A DNA stretch of 52,325 nucleotides, from NCBI RefSeq assembly GCF_006345805.1, contig NW_021836846.1, forward strand, positions 1 to 52,325, given 5' to 3'. The first letter of the stretch is position 1. Each line of letters opens with the position of its first letter. Source of the DNA: Octopus sinensis. Lineage: Eukaryota. The translations under genes were made by a program, and so were the position numbers. Positions 47,456 through 52,325 of the stretch are shown here, piece after piece. The notes beneath the pieces are model-generated. The model had not been told where the DNA came from, did not search any database, and saw only the letters and a program-made list of their open reading frames with translations.

Positions 47456-49665
47456 GAGAGGAGTCACAGTTTGTAAGCTGTGTTAGAAGAAATAGAGGGT
47501 TAATACATCACGTTGATGCTCGTGTGGGTGTGATGTGTCAGTGAGCGAAGGTTTGCCTCGCAGTGGGTTGATCTTCTAAAGCAGTTACTCGGGGATGTGA
47601 CGTGCGTGTGTCTTTGTATCGAGTCAGCAGCTGTTGAGAACTGAATTGTTTCTGGCACAGGAAAGAAGGAAGGCCTGACCTTTGCAATGCAATTTTAGCT
47701 ATGTTATAGATATACGGTCGCCAAGAAACATTATCAAAGCATTTCTAAAGTTTGGATAGGGTTTTATAGTTCTAAGTGAAACATGAAGTGAATGCTAAGT
47801 AATCTTGCAAGTCTAGCTGAATCGTAACTACATATGTAATAAAAAGGAAGACGAATAATAAACGAAACGGACAAAGAGATAAGGCTTGATAGAATTCTGG
47901 CTAAATCCGATACAATATGTAGCTGAAAAACATTGTATTAAGTTTCAGTTCTTCTACCAGATATTTTACATTTATATCCAACAAGAAAACGCGTAACATT
48001 TTCGTAGGTAGAGAAGAAATACAGATCATAATTAGAAGAAGCAGCCGTAATAACTAGTCTCACGCCCATCAGTAGCACAAAACAGAATCGCTACTCGTCA
48101 ATCAAAGAACATTAGTATCCGATACGCTTAAGTTGTTAAATGCACACCTACGCCTTACAACTTTCTTTTTTTTTTTTTTTCTTGTTTTATTTTGTCTTTG
48201 TTCCATTTTTCTTGGCAGCCATCTACATTTATTGTTGCAAAGAATCTGCGTAGGTTATAAAAAGATTTAGGCAAAAATTCGGGTACATGTGTGTGTATGT
48301 GTGTGTGCGTGTGTGTATGTATATGTATATTTATATATATGCATATATATATGTGTGTATATATATGTATATATATATATGTATATTTATATATAATGTA
48401 TACATGTACATATGTATGTATATATGTATATATATGTGTCTGTATTTATATATGTATGTAAGTACATATATATATATGTATATATATATATGTGTTTGTG
48501 TGTGGTGTGTATCTATTATAATTATATAATGTATTTATATATATAATATATGTATATATATATATAATATAATATATATATTGTATATATGATATAATAT
48601 ATGTGTATATATACATATATATCTATATATAGAGTATATATATAATAGTATATATATATATGCACGCATACATATACATGTAGGTTGCTGATTTCGTTCC
48701 ATCATTAAAACCTTCTCGCTCAATCTAGAACTAGAAGCCGATATTGCATTAGGAAATCTGTCATGTCAAATTTGATCTAATTTCTTTACCTACTTAGTTC
48801 TTCAGTGTCGAATTAATGTCAAGATATCCATTCCCACACTAAAGTTTATTACTTTAGAGCTTGGCAAGATTTAACAGCATCTAAATATGATTCGGACGCA
48901 GATGGTCGTTATGATAAGGTGTTGTGTAACCAGCCGACGTGACTTCGGTTCGTATCTGTATCACCCGTGTATAAGTACCAGCACTACTTCCTCCTGTGCA
49001 GTGGACCCCATTGGGGCAGCAAATTGACGTCAATGGTTTCTGTTGGTTGCGTTTTTCTCAGCATCCGGTCTTAGGATATTGGCCTCTCATGTAGGTTATA
49101 ATTTCTTTCTTTTTACTCTAAAAGACCCACGTGGTTACAAAGCGAGCTTCCTAAACACCCAGCCATGCCTGCGCCTATATCTATATTTCTTTCTTATATT
49201 ACCTTTCATCTATATGTTTACTGATACACTTAATCATGGTCTAGCCATATGCTAAGTAAATTAAAGCCAACAGCTAATATATAATCATACAACCACCCGG
49301 TTCCTATAAGCCCAACTGTTGCCCGACTTTCCATCGCTTTACTTGACCACACCCAAGGGTTTTCTCAAATTTCTACCCGCCAAAATGTCCTCCATATTTC
49401 CAACATCCAGTGCCACATAACATAACTACAGTATAAAAACTAGGCGGTTATCCGCCCACTCAACTGCAAATACAACCATCATCCATCATTGCCATCAAAT
49501 GAACACTGTATCATCCCTTGTCCCTCTACAATCACTCACCTCCACAGCAAATTAATAGCTCCTAACGTAACTATCAGCATCTCCATTATCTGTCCACAGA
49601 ATCCATTTGTATGTATGCATATATATATATATATATATAATATTATATATTATATATATATATAT

Positions 49666-49696
<31 letters not shown>

Positions 49697-49879
49697 CAAT
49701 ATATATATATAACATATAATACATACATACATACATACATACATACATACATACATACATACATACATACATACATACTACATACTATATATATATGGTG
49801 ACCGAACAATTGTCACTTATTATATTTACAGATATATCTATATACATACATACATATATATATATGTATGTATGGATAT

Positions 49880-50162
49880 AATCAAAATAAGCAACAAGGA
49901 TATCCAGAGGTAATGCAGTACGATCGTTTCATGTAACTCCATTTAATTGAACAATGCAATCATTACATCAATTTAAAATGTAGAGCAATCTTCAGTTGCA
50001 CAAATACATCTGTTCTAATTTAATTAAATTCTATGTCTTTGTGCAGCTGAAGATTGCTCTACATTTTAAATTGATGTAATGATCGCATTGTTCAATTAAA
50101 TGAAGTTGCATGAAACGATCATACTGCACTACCTCTGGATATCCTTGTTGCTTATTTTGATT
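49880..50162. mobile_element. Fold-back of two inverted HHR-bearing repeats (130-bp arms)
   Basis: 49880-50009 is the inverse of 50033-50162 with about 7 mismatches; type I HHR at 50041-50129 (+) and 50001-49913 (-). Confidence 0.8.
50041..50129 (+). ncRNA. Type I hammerhead ribozyme motif with long stem II
   Basis: GTGCAG-CTGAAGA-[58 nt imperfect hairpin]-GAAA-CGATCA-TA-CTGCAC; perfect 6-bp stem I. Confidence 0.65.
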
Positions 50163-50308
50163 TTAATTACGTTATTTTGAAATTGTATGGATAATACCGT
50201 ACTTAAGTAACATATTCAACTGAATTTAAATTTTTGCTGAACTCATCTACCATACCTAATATATATATGTGTGCGTGTGTGTGTGTGTTTGTGTGTGTAT
50301 GTGTCTGT

Positions 50309-50830
50309 GTGGAGGCGCAATGGCCCAGTTGTTATGGCAGCGGACTCGTGATCGTAGGATCGCGGTTTCGATTTCTAGACCCGGCATTGTGAGTGTTTAT
50401 TGAGCGAAAACACCTAAAGCTCCACGAGTCTCCGGCACGGGGTGGTGGCGAACCTTGCTGTACTTTTTCGCCGCAGCTTTCTCTCACTCTTTCTTCCTGT
50501 TTCTTTTGTACCTGTATTTTCAAAGGGACCAGCCTAGTCACACTATGTATTGCGCTGAATCTCCTCGAGAACTACGTTAAGGGTACACATGTCTGTTGAG
50601 TGGTCAGCCTCTTGCAAAATTAATAAATGAGCTGCGACTCATTCCGATCGCGGGCCTCGACAGAGTCCCGCGTCGTTATTTTTCGTCTCTTGGATAGCAT
50701 CGGTGGCGTGGAGAGGGGAGGGTGGTATGATGGCCGACTGCTGGTCTTCCATAAATAACCTTGCCCAGACTTGTGCCACGGATGGTATCTTTCTAGGTGC
50801 GATACCTTGGTCATTCATAAACGAAGGGGG
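50309..50830 (+). mobile_element. SINE family A (50309-50620) followed by a family D tail (about 50680-50830)
   Basis: A head and body as at 31435; the tail is the reverse complement of about 12040-12180. Confidence 0.8.
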
Positions 50831-50857
50831 TCACAACAATATATATATATATATCAT

Positions 50858-50891
<34 letters not shown>

Positions 50892-51212
50892 ATTAATGAT
50901 AATTTAATATAAATTAATGAGGTGAGAGAAAGTGAGAGACTGTTGCAAAAGAAAACGAAAATTAATATTAAACATTAAAAATCTACTCCGCAGTGGATGC
51001 AACGAATATTTAAATTTGTGAAAAACTTGTAGTTCAAATATGCAATAACCTTCAGAAATCGATATTACAGGAAATTTCTTCGAACATGAAGTTACAGAAA
51101 AATTTTCACCTGGTCAAGCCTTTGATAATTGCTTTCATTTTGCAACTGTTACATACCTAATTAAGAAGCAACTTTCACCATTATAATATAGATGTCTGCC
51201 TATCTGTCTGTT

Positions 51213-51244
<32 letters not shown>

Positions 51245-51349
51245 TGTATGTATGTATGTATGTATGTATGTATGTACATCCTTTTGATTCTTGCTCTGCA
51301 CTGTGCATGTGACGATTTATAATCGGTTGGCAGTTATCAGTATACATCA

Positions 51350-51725
51350 GCAAATAATTTGTTTGTTGAAAAATTTCTTCCCAACCACTTGATTCCCGGT
51401 TCAATCCCACTGTATGTTATCTTGGACAAGTGTCTTCTACTGTACTCTCGGCCGGACCAGTGCTTTGTGAGTGTATTTGGTAGACGAAAACTGAAAGAAG
51501 CCTGTCGTATATGTATGTGCGTGTATGATTCTCTCTGTATCTTGGTCCTCCACCACCACCACCACCACTTGACAACCGGTGTTGGTGTGTTTACATCCCC
51601 ATAAATTAGCGGTTTGGCAAAGGAGACTGATAGAATACAGGTAGGCTTTAAAAATGAAACTAAAATTCTTCAATGCGGTGCCTCAGCATGGCCACAGTCA
51701 AAACGACTGAAAAAAGTAAAAGCTA
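51350..51725 (+). mobile_element. SINE family C, diverged
   Basis: cccggttcaatcccactgtatg...cttgacaaccggtgttggtgtgtttacatcccc...cagcatggccacagtcaaa. Confidence 0.85.
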
Positions 51726-52159
51726 AGAGATAGGAACCACGAACTCTTGTTGCATTCATTAATCCAGGTCCAGGGTGTCTTCCGCTGATGAAACAATGAT
51801 GTTGAAACAACAAGAATCACGACGTTCTCGTACGCCAATGAATCGAGTGTGTTGCAAATATACACCCGTCTTAAAGGAAATATTGGTCTCTACATCGGAA
51901 CATGTGTTTGTTTGTGTGTGTGTGTGTGTGTGTGTGTCTGCGTGTGTATACATGTGCATGTATGTACATATATACGCATGTTTGTATGGCTATCAATATC
52001 TCTCTCCTTTCTCTCTCCCCCTCTATATTTATCTGTCTATCTCTCTCTCTCTCTCTACATATGTGTGTGTGCATATGTGTGTATGCGTGTGTGTAAGTAC
52101 GCATTTTTGTATGGATATCAATCTCTCTCCCTCTCTCTCTTCTCTTTCCCCTCTCCCTA

Positions 52160-52240
<81 letters not shown>

Positions 52241-52325
52241 ATTTATTTCTCTCTCTCTCAACGTATGTATGTGTGAGTGTGTGCATGTGTGTGTATGGGT
52301 GTGTGTGTGTGTGTGTGTGTGTATG

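Noticed and set aside
49023-49034. Perfect 12-bp palindrome ATTGACGTCAAT containing a CRE
   Set aside because: A single short motif in 52 kb with no supporting context.

Overview
AT-rich, microsatellite-saturated eukaryotic DNA, most likely octopus (Octopus sp.). That assignment is an inference from SINE families I recognise and from the repeat landscape; no database search was run. I see no recognisable conserved protein-coding gene, rRNA, true tRNA or CRISPR array, and most ORFs in the supplied track are microsatellite read-throughs. The window is a transposable-element graveyard: about 30 copies of four tRNA-derived SINE families (labelled A-D locally); remnants of RTE, L1/Tx1, R4/Dong-like, HERO-like and Penelope-like retroelements; and mariner, Tigger/pogo, hAT and an 8-bp-TSD MITE. 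The most notable signals are these. (1) A high density of hammerhead-ribozyme (HHR) motifs: minimal Penelope-type HHRs from several unrelated families with different palindromic stem IIIs, a U3-A8 compensatory-core variant, a fold-back whose two arms each carry a type I HHR, and a rearranged (non-circularly permuted) HHR-like motif in the 3' UTR of two HERO-like elements. (2) Many fold-back structures, including a self-primed-looking inverted duplication of an L1/Tx1 end inside (GATA)n. (3) Retroelements sitting in specific microsatellites. (4) A candidate spliced small gene on the + strand (34771-37725). All ribozyme and gene calls are manual pattern matches and are untested. Irregular simple-repeat tracts may partly reflect long-read consensus error, and repeat boundaries are approximate.
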